The position numbers and the translations under genes were made by a program. This document shows positions 13,909 to 26,790 of a stretch of 64,000 nucleotides of DNA, one piece after another. The notes beneath the pieces are model-generated. The model was not told the DNA's origin. It did no database searches and saw nothing but the letters and a program-made list of their open reading frames with translations. Numbering within the stretch: position 1 is the first letter of the stretch; every line of letters begins with the position of its first letter. Source of the stretch: Octopus vulgaris (lineage: Eukaryota); assembly GCA_951406725.2 (NCBI GenBank), contig OX597841.1, positions 1,426,001-1,490,000 on the forward strand, given 5' to 3'.

Positions 13909-14454
13909 ATACACACACACATACACACATATATATATCTTAGTTATTGACTTTGATGATAATCTTTAGTATGTAAGCTAATTATTATCTGTTCCATACA
14001 AATTTTTGGTGTTATCAGATTAAATGACTATTTCATAATTATTTCTTTTTTTTTTCTGTTTTTGCTGTTTGTTTTTATTCCTTTATTAGCCTCAAATTTT
14101 TTGTTGTAGCTTCTGAATTTCACATTCTCAATTAACACAACTAGGTCATCTTCAAACAGTTGCAAAAGCTTATTTAGGGCCAGGCATATCTTTGCCTTTA
14201 AGCTGTATTGGTGATTTTTATTATTATCATTATTATTATTTTTATTATTATTATTATTATAGGTGCAGGGGTGGGTGTGTTGTAAGTAGCTTGCTTACCA
14301 GCCACATGGTTCCGGGTTCAGTCCCTCTGCATGGCACCTTGGGCAAGTGTTTTTCTACTATAGCCTCGGGCTGACCAAAGCTTTGTGAGTGGATTTGGTA
14401 GATGGAAACTAAAAGAAGCCTGTTGTATATATATATATATATATGTATATATAC

Positions 14455-15460
14455 ACAAGAGGTAGACCCAGGAAAACCTGGGACGAGGTGGTGAAGCTCG
14501 ACCTTCGAACATTAGGTCTCACCAAGGAAATGACCAGAGACCGAGACTTTTGGAAGTATGCTGTGCGTGGGAAGATCCGACGGGACAAGTGAGACCATAA
14601 CCCATGGCCCCTACTTGGGACGTGGCCAGCCCACTTATGCATACCTTTCCTTCTTGTGACACAAACCCTACTTGTGAAGACCTGTTGAGGCAAGTGAAAA
14701 TGAAAATCAAAATTGAAATCGATCAACATCAATGGAAATTGTAGCTGTGATACCAGTGCCGATGTCACGTAAGAGAACCATCCGAACGTGGCTGTTGCCA
14801 GCGCCGCCCCGACTGGCCTCCATGCCGGTGGCACTTAAAAAGCACCATCCGATTGTGGCCGTTTGCCAGCCTCGTCTGGCCCCCGTGCTGGTGGCACTTA
14901 AAAAGCACCATCCGATCGTGGCCGTTTGCCAGCCTCGTCTGGCCCCCGTGCTGGTGGCACTTAAAAAGCACCATCCGATCGTGGCCGTTTGCCAGCCTCG
15001 TCTGGCCCCCGTGCTGGTGGCACTTAAAAGCACCATCCGATCGTGGCCGTTTGCCAGCCTCGTCTGGCCCCCGTGCTGGTGGCACTTAAAAAGCACCATC
15101 CGATCGTGGCCGTTTGCCAGCCTCGTCTGGCCCCCGTGCTGGTGGCACTTAAAAAGCACCATCCGATCGTGGCCGTTTGCCAGCCTCGTCTGGCCCCCGT
15201 GCTGGTGGCACTTAAAAAGCACCATCCGATTGTGGCCGTTTGCCAGCCTCGTCTTGCACCTGTGCAGGTGGCACGTAAAAATCACCCACTACACTCACGG
15301 AGTGGTTGGCGTTAGGAAGGGCATCCAGCTGTAGAAACACTGCCAGATCAGACTGGAGCCTGGCGCAGCCTTCTGGCTTCCCAGACCCCAGTCGAACCGT
15401 CCAACCCATGCTAGCATGGAAAACGGATGTTAAACGATGATGATGATGATGATGATGATG
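14455..15460 (+). mobile_element. 5'-truncated RTE-clade LINE (ORF C-terminus + long 3'UTR + (GAT)n tail)
   Basis: 14458-14592 encodes RGRPRKTWDEVVKLDLRTLGLTKEMTRDRDFWKYAVRGKIRRDK*, the typical RTE ORF C-terminus. The 3' end reads ggttggcgttaggaagggcatcc...ggatgttaaac(gat)n. Confidence 0.85.
14828..15275 (+). repeat. 63-bp tandem array (~7 copies) inside the RTE 3'UTR
   Basis: Unit ggtggcacttaaaaagcaccatccgatcgtggccgtttgccagcctcgtctggcccccgtgct, nearly identical copies. Confidence 0.95.
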
Positions 15461-16063
15461 ATATATATATATGTTTGGGTGTCTGTATTTGTCCCCCCAA
15501 CATCGTTTGAATACTGATGCTGGTGTGTTTACATCCCCGTAGCTTAGTGGTTCGGCAAAAGAGACTGATAGAATAAGTACTGGGCTTACAAAGAATAAGT
15601 CCTAGGGTTGATTTGCTTGACTAAAGGCGGTGCTCCAGCATGGCCGCAGTCAAATGACTGAAACACCAGCATTGACCATGACTCCTGTTTCACTTGGCTT
15701 GATGGGTCTTCTCAAGCGTAGCATATCGTTAAAGACCTCAGTCACTTGCCATTGCCCCCGTGAGGCCCAACATTCCAAGATCAAGCTTCACCACCAATCA
15801 CATCAAAATCTCAATGGTACACATAATGGGCTTCCTACAGTTTCCATCTCCCAAATAAACTCACAAGGCTTTGCTCGGACCATGGCTATAATTAGAAGAC
15901 ATTTGCCCAAGATGCGAAGCAGTGGGACTGAACCTGAGCTCGTGAGGTTGGGAAGCAAGCTTCATACCACGAAACCCAATGCTGTGGCTAGCAGTCGTTT
16001 CCATTCCCTTTTTTTCACCCCTTTCTCTTCCTTCATCTGCTTCCTGCCTTATACACCAACTTT

Positions 16064-16471
16064 CTCTTTTACTCTCTTACTTGTTTCAGTCATTTGACTG
16101 TGGCCATGCTGGAGCACGGCCTTTAATCGAGCAACTCGACCCAGGGACTTATTCTTTTGTAAGCCCAGTACTTATTCTATCGGTCTCTTTTGCCGAACCA
16201 CTAAGTAACGGGGACGTAAACACACCAGCATCGGTTGTCAAGCAATGCTAGGGGGACAAACACAGACACACAAACACACACATGCATATATATATATATA
16301 TATACATATATACGACAGGCTTCTTTCAGTTTCCGTCTACCAAATCCACTCGCAAGGCTTTGGTCGGCCCGAGGCTATTGTAGAAGACACTTGCCCAAGA
16401 TGCCACGCAGTGAGACTGAACCCCGAACCATGTGGTTGGTAAACAAGCTACTTACCACAGCCACTCCTGCG
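16064..16471 (-). mobile_element. SINE family A, full length, antisense
   Basis: Reverse complement of 6024-6447. Confidence 0.85.
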
Positions 16472-16521
16472 TTTGTTTATAAAAATATTATTTATGTATT
16501 GATATATATATATTTATAAAA

Positions 16522-17665
16522 CGGGCTTCTTTCAGTTTCCGTCTACCAAATCCACTCTCAAGGCTTTGGTCGATCAAGGCTATAGTAGAAGACACTTGCC
16601 TAGGGTGCCACACAGAGGGACTGAACCCAGAACCATGTGGTTGGGAAGCAAGTCTCGTACCACACAACCGCACCTGTGCCTACATGATGATCTTTTAGTT
16701 TCCGTCTACCAAATCCACTCTCAGGGCTTTGGTCGATCAAGGCTATAGTAGAAGACCCTTGCCCAAAGTGCCACACAGTGGGACTGAACCCAGAACCATG
16801 TGGTTGGGAAGCAAGTCTCGTACCACACAACCACACCTGTGCCTACATGATGATCTTTTAGTTTCCGTCTACCAAATCCACTCTCAAGGCTTTGGTCGGC
16901 CCGAGGCTATAGTAGAAGACCCTTGCCCAAAGTGCCACGCAGTGGGACTGAACCCGGAACCATGTGGTTGGGAAGCAAGTTTCGTACCACACAACTGCAC
17001 CTGTGCCTACATGATGATCTTTCAGTTTCCGTCTACCAAATCCACTCACAAGGCTTTGGTCGGCCCGAGGCTATAGTAGAAGACACTTGCCTAAGGTGTC
17101 ACGCAGTGGGACTGAACCCGGAACCATGTGGTCGGTAAACAAGCTACTTACCACACAACCACACCTGTGCCTACATGATGATCTTTTAGTTTCCGTCTAC
17201 CAAATCCACTCACAAGGCTTTGGTCGGCCCGAGGCTATAGTAGAAGACCCTTGCCCAAAGTGCCACACAGTGGGACTGAACCCAGAACCATGTGGTTGGG
17301 AAGCAAGTCTCTTACCACACAACCACACCTGTGCCTACATGATGATCTTTTAGTTTCCGTCTACCAAATCCACTCGCAAGGCTTTGATCGGCCTGAGGCT
17401 ATAGTAGAAGACACTTGCCCAAAGTGCCACACAGTGGGACTGAACCCAGAACCATGTGGTTGGGAAGCAAGTCTCTTACCACACAACCACACCTGTGCCT
17501 ACATGATGATCTTTTAGTTTCCGTCTACCAAATCCACTCGCAAGGCTTTGATCGGCTCGAGGCTATAGTAGAAGACACTTGCCCAAGGTTCCACACAGTG
17601 GGACTGAACCCGGAACCATGTGGTTGGCAAACAAGCTACTTACCACACAGCCATTCCTGCGCCTA
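16522..17665 (-). repeat. Tandem array of 7 SINE-A heads (163-164 bp period)
   Basis: gtttccgtctacc recurs at 16535, 16698, 16861, 17025, 17189, 17353 and 17517; shared junction cctacatgatgatctt. Confidence 0.95.
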
Positions 17666-17667
17666 TA

Positions 17668-17712
<45 letters not shown>

Positions 17713-18014
17713 CATTATTATTATTATTAACTACGCATGCTCAATATATGCGTTTTGCTTGTTCGCTGGTTTGCTGGCTGTTAAAACACCTGAAAGTTAT
17801 AGACAGGTGAGACAACACATTTCCAGTCTCATCTGGGAGTGGGACTGAACCCAGAACCATGTGGTCGGTAAACAAGCTACTTACCACACACAGCCACCCC
17901 CTGCGCCGCATAACTGTTCTGTTAAACTGTCATAACTCCTCTTCCTTAATAACCCCCTTTATGTATTTATTTATTTATTTATTTTTTTTTTTTACCTTTT
18001 ACCCCCCTATTCAG

Positions 18015-18184
18015 CTGTAAGTCCAGGAGGGAAAGCTACCGAAGCAAACACCGATACAAACCTTGTCGATGGAGTTGAAATGTCGCAACAAAGCACTAGC
18101 TTTGACTTTTTAGCATTATGTTCAGCACCGACTTGGCTTGGGCCAGGAAGAAGACGATCAGGCAGAAGAAAGTCCCGTTGGCCG
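18015..18184 (+). CDS. Internal coding exon of the same gene
   Basis: T-rich tract + ttcag| acceptor; phase 1 entry continues the frame: (S)[56 protein letters not shown]. Likely donor CCG|gtattt (phase 0), after which the sequence becomes low-complexity. Confidence 0.72.
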
Positions 18185-18319
18185 GTATTTACTCCTTTCT
18201 TTACCTCATCTTCTTCTTCTTCTTTTTCTTGTTCTTGTTCTTCTTCTTGTTCTTCTTCATCTTCATTGTTGTTTTACTTTTTTCATTTAAAATTGTTTCG
18301 ATATTATATTGTAATTGCT

Positions 18320-19736
<1,417 letters not shown>

Positions 19737-19978
19737 TATCTATTTATAAATATGAACATACAGCTCCAAATATATTCTTTCATATGTTTTTTCTATATTT
19801 TTGTTGTGCTTTGTTTTTAAGTTTTCTTCTTAATTTTGGCAATTATTTCTTCCATATTATTTATTTGTCATTATTGTTCTTCTTTGTCTTCTTCTTCTTA
19901 TTATTATTATTATTATTATTATTTCAGTAGTTGATTTTTTTTTATTTTGGTTTTGTACGTTATTGCTGTAGTAGTAGC

Positions 19979-20034
<56 letters not shown>

Positions 20035-20135
20035 CATCAGCCATAGCAGCATCAGTAGTAGTAGTAGTAGTAATAGTGATGGTGATGGTAGTTCTTACTG
20101 CAGTAATTGTGGTGGCGACAGCGGCTGTGGTGATG

Positions 20136-20172
<37 letters not shown>

Positions 20173-20790
20173 TGTTCTTATTTGCAGCCATAGTAATGGC
20201 AGTTTTATCAGCAGCAGTAGTATCAGTAGTAGAAGTAGTAGTAGTAGTAGTAGTAGTTGTAGCAGTACTAGTAGTACCAATAGGAGCTTGTACAAACCCA
20301 AACAATGGCTGTTGTGTATTTGTGTATGTGTGAAAGAAGAAATGAGAAAGTTGGTTAAAATTTCCAATGTTATCTCCATTAAATATTTTAGAGTTGACTT
20401 GACTATTGTTTCTCGAAGCAGATGACGTCTCCGAGTTTTCTTTTACCCTGTTTTTGTTTTTCTTTTTTTCTTCATCCCCCCGCCCCCCTCATGATATTTA
20501 AAGAATAATATTTCGAAACACCGAAATACTTATGGCACTTGTACATTTATTTGGTGATCTTTTCACCCCTATTTTGGCAAGCAAGATATGCACGATACTA
20601 TCAACAAAGAAGTACAACAGTAATAAGTAGCTTGCTTACCAACCACAGGGATCTGGGTTCAGTTCCACTGCGTGGCACCTTAGGCAAGTGTCTTCTACTA
20701 TAGCCTCGGCCAACCAAATCTTTGTGAGTGGATCTGGTAGATGGAAACTGAAAGAAGCTTGTTGTATGCATATATATATATATATATATA

Positions 20791-21367
20791 TCATATAATT
20801 AAGGGCTAAAGAGGGTTATTCTAAAGCCAAATACACTGGTTTATCCACTTATAATCCGCTTGTTACAGGAAAATTGCAACTGAAAACGGGCAACTAACCT
20901 TTAGAAAATTTAAATTTCGTTATCTCTATATTGAATCAATTTCGGACTTAATCTTATAAAAAAAAGATATATTCCTTCTTCAGTAGAACTTTCGATGGGA
21001 TATAAATAAAATGCTCACGTATGATCATGGAAAAAGCACAAGCTAAAAACATAACTACACTTGAGTACATCACTTATAACTAAAAATAAAAATTCTTTGG
21101 TCAGCCTCAGAAAACAACGTCCAGACCTTTCGCCGCTACAAATTGTAATGGTTACCAGTCCTCCTGTAGCAAGCATCGAGTTTACTACTAAGCAATATAG
21201 GATGAAGTCCCTTACTCTACAGCAAAGGAATTCATCAGGAAGCGTGGGCAGTATATTTAAAAAAACCGTTACGGTTGCAGTATACATCATATAATTAAGG
21301 GCTAAAGAGGGTTATTCTAAAGCCAAATACACTGGTTTATCCACTTATAATCCGCTTGTTACAGGAA
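20791..21367 (-). mobile_element. Non-autonomous hammerhead-carrying retroelement (Penelope pLTR/retrozyme-like): 496-nt unit + ~80-nt terminal redundancy, inserted in (TA)n
   Basis: 20791-20870 is repeated at 21287-21366 (period 496); both ends abut (TA)n; no credible ORF; contains a hammerhead. Confidence 0.65.
20918..20994 (-). ncRNA. Type I hammerhead ribozyme (Penelope/retrozyme-type)
   Basis: Minus strand reads UUCUA-CUGAAGA-A-GGA...AUCUU[loop]AAGAU...UCC-GAAA-UUG-AUU-CAA-UA-UAGAG. Core boxes are intact; stems are UUCUA/UAGAG (I), GGA/UCC + AUCUU/AAGAU (II) and AUUG/CAAU (III). Cleavage triplet is AUA. Confidence 0.7.
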
Positions 21368-21411
21368 TATATATATATGTATATATATATGTGTGTGTGT
21401 GTATGTGTATG

Positions 21412-21442
<31 letters not shown>

Positions 21443-22358
21443 ATATATATAAAATAAGAAAATGGAGGAATACACCTTAATCAATAATCAACTACCAGAT
21501 AATACCCATTCACATAATTTATTAACCAACTACATATGAACATCAAGGTCAAACACAATAATACAGAACAAAACAGTGCACATCAATGAGTAATAAGATA
21601 CAATAAGTACAATACATATAAATAAATATAAATATAAACCATATGTTACAGCTGTTTCAGCCATGTAGATATGAGTATCTCATTATGCTCATATTAGCCA
21701 GGTGTGATAAGTTAATACTGGCAGTATATTGGATATATGTTATCCCATGGTGGGTTGCACTCATAACCCCTATCTCATTTTGTATGTATATATATATATA
21801 TATGACTGGCTCCTGTGCTGGTAGCACGTAAAATGCACCATCCGAACGTGGTTGATGTCGGTGCCGCCTGTCCAACTCCTATGCCTGTGGCATGTAAAAA
21901 GCACCCGCTACACTCTCGGAGTGGTTGGTGTTAGGAAGGGCATCCAGCTGTAGAAACACTGCCTGATCAGATGGAGCCTGGTGCGGCCTCCTGGCTTGCC
22001 AGCTCTCAGTCAAACCGATGCTGGTTTGTTTACATCCCTGTAACTTAGCGCTTCTGCAAAAGAGTCCGATAAAATAAGTATTAGGCTTAAAAAAATAAGT
22101 CTTAATGTTGATTTGTTCGACTAAAGGCGGTGCTCCAGCATGGCCACAGTCAAATGACTGAAACAAGTAAAAGAATAAAACAAAAACAAAAAAAAAGAAT
22201 GAATATATGTGTAATATTTTGGACTAATGCGGATATGTCCGTAAGTGTGTTGAGTAAAGCTCAGTCGTGGTTTCGGCTACCTGATGTCGTCTACGGTTGG
22301 GATATATTTCCTCTTGATCTACATCAGGAATTCTGTAATGTTAGCTGAGATAATCTCA

Positions 22359-23134
22359 TCTCACTATATATAAAAGGCAGTTTGTCTGTCTGTGTGTCGG
22401 TCAGGTTGTACCCTCACCCTGACCACGGCTTTCAACCGATTCTGATGAAACTTGACACACACATAGCCCAATGTCATAATTCAAAACTAACGCAGCGAAA
22501 AGTTTGAAAAGTTCCCCCAGTTCTGAAAAAATTCGATAAATTTGACATGGGGTTGAGAATCTAAGCTTATCATATGCAACACATTTTCCGTTGTAGTTTT
22601 CGCAACTTGCAATCGATTTTCACCAAACTCATGGTGAAGCTTAATGTTACCCTAAGGAACTTAATTCTGACGTTAGTTTCCATGCAATACCTTACCATCA
22701 GAAAAAATCGATAAAATCATGCCATTTTGGGAAATCGGGTTCAAATTCAAGATGACATATTTTCAACAATATCTTTAACAAATTGGCAGGAATTTTTTTT
22801 GAAATTCACAGCGAGCATCATGTCTGCTCCAAGGAGCTATATGACCCTTTTGATTCCAATAGGATACGTTATTACTGGAAAAAATCAGTTAATTACATCA
22901 TATGTGGCACACATAGCAAACCGATTTTTCTGTGATATTTTTTGAAAGTTCACATAGATTTTCCCTACTTCTTCATCCATGCAAGGGAAGGGTGCCTTGA
23001 ATGCCTTAATGCCTTTTAGGCTTCATTTTACAAAATAACGGTTCAATGAGTACAAAAAAGGGTAAAAAGGTAAACGGCATTGCTTATCGACAAAGTTTCT
23101 TACATACCCAGGCAACGCCGGGCTATGCTGCTAG
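22359..23134 (+). mobile_element. Non-autonomous Helitron
   Basis: A|TC 5' end (tctcactatatataaaaggc), subterminal hairpin cccaggcaacgccggg (23107-23122), CTAG|T 3' end, no TSD. Confidence 0.8.
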
Positions 23135-24474
23135 TAATCGATAAAGGAAACAGAAGATAAATTAGGCACTTGTCTTTATTCTTTATTCAGGACAATGGTC
23201 ATTTCAACCTATCCAGCAACTGTTCATTATGTGTAGGATATTATGCATTTTATTGTATTACATCAATCTGTGCAGTTTGTGTCACATCAGGTACGTGTAT
23301 AAAGAAAGGAATTTCCTGTTAGATATACTGAGATGTCCTAGGGAAGTTGTTCTCGCCTGCTGTATTTCGCTTTTGACTAATTAATGGGTTGAAGTAATAA
23401 TCCATAAGGAATAAACACTTGTAAATTTATCTTCCATTTCTTTCGTGAATGATCATCACATATATATATATATATATATATATGTGGAGGCTCAGTGGTT
23501 AGGGCGATGTTACCTGTACAGATGATACCTGTACAGGTATCATAAGTCAGATGTCAGAATGATTGCAGAGCAATGTGAGATGAAGTGTTTTGCTTAAGAA
23601 CACAATGCACTGCTTAATCCAGGAATTGAAACTATGATGTTGTGGTTGTGAGTGCAATACCCTAACCACTAAGATTTACACAGTTTCTGTCTACCAAATT
23701 CACTCACAAGTCCCAGGGCCATAGTAGAAGACACTTACCCACGATGCCACATATTTATTCTGTATTCAAATTTCGACCAAAGTCAAAATCTTGTGCTTTG
23801 TCCCTTAGGAGGTGGGGATGGGATAAAATTAGGTACCGGCCATGTAATGGGGGTGGGGGTTTGATAATTTTAACTAATACTTGCTCCTTAAAAGCTGCTA
23901 GTCTTGTACTTAAATTGGAAGCCACCACCACCAACATCACGGCCACTACTACCATCACCACCACCATCACCGTCATCATCATCAACATCAACATCATCAT
24001 CATCATCGTGGTTTAGCAGAATGTTTTGACTATCAAACAAAATGCGTTATGGTATTTGGTTATGATCATTGACATTCTGAGATCAAATCTCCACAAATTA
24101 AATTTTTCCCCTTCACCCTCACTTCCTCCCCCCATGGGTCAATGAAATAAAGTACCAGTCAAGTACAAGTGTGGATTGGTTGTTTAGCGCCCTAACACTG
24201 AATTCTTGATCATGTACCAATATTAGTAATCATCATCATTATTATTATCATTATTATTATTATGATAGTGAAATGCTTAGCAGTATTTCATCTGCCACTG
24301 TGTTCTGAGTTCAAATTCTCCCAAGGTTGATTTTGCCTTTCATCCTTTTGGGGTCAATAAATTAAGCACCAGTGAAACACTGGGGTCGATATAATCGACT
24401 GGTCTCCCTTCCCCCAAATTTCAGGCCTTGTGCTTATAGTAGAAAGGATTATCACTATTATTATTATTATTATT

Positions 24475-25010
24475 GAGTGAGGGAGCAGTGCAGGCCATCA
24501 AAGTGAAACTGGGGTAAAATATACAAAGCCCAGTATACCCATCATGACTAACCGTCTGATAAGGGTACACCAGGCACATGCATCACAACCATATGTGCGT
24601 GACATGGTGATCTCATATCAAGATACACAGCACATGACCTTGCAGGTGGGGCCCAGTTAGAATTTTCTTCAGGTCGAGTAGTGTATCCTGCTCAAAAGGT
24701 CCCTGAATAAGGATTGTTTAAGGATGTTGAGTGAAACACTGATGATTCCAGAGGGGAATTATCCAAACCCCCAAAAATTCCTCTCGACAAATGACTTTAA
24801 TGCTCCTCCACAGCATATATGATGCACCTATCATCAGCCACCAAGGGACATGCTCAACTGGTTACGGTCAAGCAACCGACAAGCAACCCTGTGGTATCAA
24901 GCAGAATATTTGCTGTAGCCCATCTTTTATACCAAGACAAAACACATATGTGATAACACTTCCAATCAATTAAGATCAGAAGCCATGAAAGCCACAGCCT
25001 GGTTCTGCAT
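24475..25010 (-). mobile_element. Interspersed repeat abutting (ATT)n, probably a retroelement 3' end; partial copy at 10516-10685
   Basis: Both copies start at the same point (ttgagtgag...gccatcaaagtga) after an (ATT)n run. Confidence 0.55.
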
Positions 25011-25379
25011 ATTATTATTATCATTATATGTGTTTGTGTATTTGTCCCCCCCAAAATCACCTGACAACTGATGCTGGTGTGTTTATGACCCCTTAACTTA
25101 GCGGTTCAGCAAAAGAGTCCGATAGAATAAGTACTAGGCTTACAAAGAATAAGTCCCGGGGTCGATTTGTTCGACTAAAGGCGGTGCCCCAGCATGGTCG
25201 CAGTCAAATGACTGAAACAAGTAAAAGAGACTGATAGAATAAGTACTAGGCTTACAAAGAATAAGTCTTGGGGTCGATTTGTTCGACTAAAGGCGGTGCT
25301 CCAGCATGGCCGCAGTCAAATGACTGAAACGAAGAAAAGAAAAAGAATAAAGCACTTCAAGTGTAAACTTTATGAATTA

Positions 25380-25419
<40 letters not shown>

Positions 25420-25778
25420 CATCATCATTATTATGAAAAATTTCCCATATCTGCTCTGTTTACTCATTATGAACTTAGTAGTATATCCACCCCCGACTGC
25501 ATTTTACATGAAGTAATTTTTTTAATACATTAGTAACTGCATGGTATTGAGAAGTTCAAAGATGGATAAATTTTAGAAAAAAAAAAGCATGTCTACACAT
25601 GAGTGCACAATGAAATTGCTATGAAAATAGGAAATTTAAAATGGTTGTGCTCTTTGTAAAACGTGCACAGTGCCCATTAGAGTTATTTTTCTACATTTCC
25701 TTTTAGCATGATATTTTTTTCTATATTTTTATTATTATCACTATTGTCATTTCACTTCTCAGAACTAATTTCCCCAAG

Positions 25779-25868
25779 GGCAGACAACGACCTGCTGTCA
25801 AGGATCTCACAGGGTCTCTTCTCAACACCCAAATACCGGTCTCAAAATCCTCACCGTCCCCCCAATAA
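25779..25868 (+). CDS. Possible terminal exon (GRQRPAVKDLTGSLLNTQIPVSKSSPSPQ*), speculative
   Basis: GC-richer unique island preceded by ctaat...ttccccaag|. The phase-0 frame is compatible with the 18184 donor, and the stop overlaps AATAAA. The stronger upstream acceptor (ttctcag| at 25762) gives an immediate stop in phase 0. Confidence 0.25.
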   Translation, partial: GRQRPAVKDLTGSLLNTQIPVSKSSPSPQ

Positions 25869-25910
25869 AGCTGTTTTCTGAGCATGTTCTACTCTCGTGT
25901 CATTCCCATT

Positions 25911-25911
<1 letters not shown>

Positions 25912-25941
<30 letters not shown>

Positions 25942-26790
25942 CCACTTAACATCTGCTTCCCATGCTGGCATGAGTTGGACGGCTTGACTGGGGTCTGGCA
26001 AGCCAGGAGGCTGCACCAGGCTCCAATCTGATCTGGCAGTGTTTCTACCACTCTGCCAACCACTCTGGGAGTGTAGTGAGTGCTTTTTACATGCTATGGG
26101 CACAGGAGCCAGTCAGGCGGCACTGTCACTGGCCTGTTCAAATGGTGCTGTTTATGTGCCACCAGCACAGGAGCCAGTCAGGCGGGACTGGCATCGACTA
26201 CACTTGAATGGTGCTATTTATGTGCCACTGGCACAGGAGCCAGTCAGGCGGAACTGGCATCAACCATGCTTGAATGGTGCTATTTATGTGCCACTGGCAC
26301 AGGAGCCAGTCAGGCGGAACTGGCATCAACCATGCTTGAATGGTGCTATTTATGTGCCACTGGCACAGGAGCCAGTCAGGCGGAACTGGCATCAACCATG
26401 CTTGAATGGTGCTATTTATGTGCCACTGGCACAGGAGCCAGTCAGGCGGAACTGGCATCAACCATGCTTGAATGGTGCTATTTATGTGCCACTGGCACAG
26501 GAGCCAGTCAGGCGGAACTGGCATCAACCATGCTTGAATGGTGCTATTTATGTGCCACTGGCACAGGAGCCAGTCAGGCGGGACTGGCATCAACCATGCT
26601 TGAATGGTGCTATTTATGTGCCACTGGCACAGGAGCCAGTCAGGCGGAACTGGCATCAACCATGCTTGAATGGTGCTATTTATGTGCCACTGGCACAGGA
26701 GCCAGTCAGGCGGCACTGGCATAGGCCACAACAAAGATTTTACTTGATTCAACAGGTCTTCTCAAGCACAGCATATTGCCCAATGATTGA
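25912..26790 (-). mobile_element. RTE LINE 3'UTR/tail, antisense, with internal array
   Basis: (CAT)n followed by the reverse complement of the RTE tail. Other tails at ~5230-5510, 12985-13265, 21805-22015, 27218-27445, 30111-30340, 33775-33967, 43503-43682 and 46570-46890. Confidence 0.75.
26100..26722 (-). repeat. 66-bp tandem array (~9.5 copies) of an RTE 3'UTR module
   Basis: Unit atggtgctatttatgtgccactggcacaggagccagtcaggcggaactggcatcaaccatgcttga. Confidence 0.95.

Larger units (their letters stand above)
14262..15664 (+). mobile_element. SINE family A split by an RTE LINE insertion (head 14262-14450, tail 15470-15664)
   Basis: SINE head and tail both match 6024-6447; the insertion sits in the internal (TA)n. 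Confidence 0.75.

Noticed and set aside
22215-22358. Minus-strand mini-exon (IPDVDQEEIYPNRRRHQ...) or hammerhead around the cctgatgt/acatcagg hairpin
   Set aside because: No partner exons, weak splice context and no intact CUGANGA adjacent to the stem.
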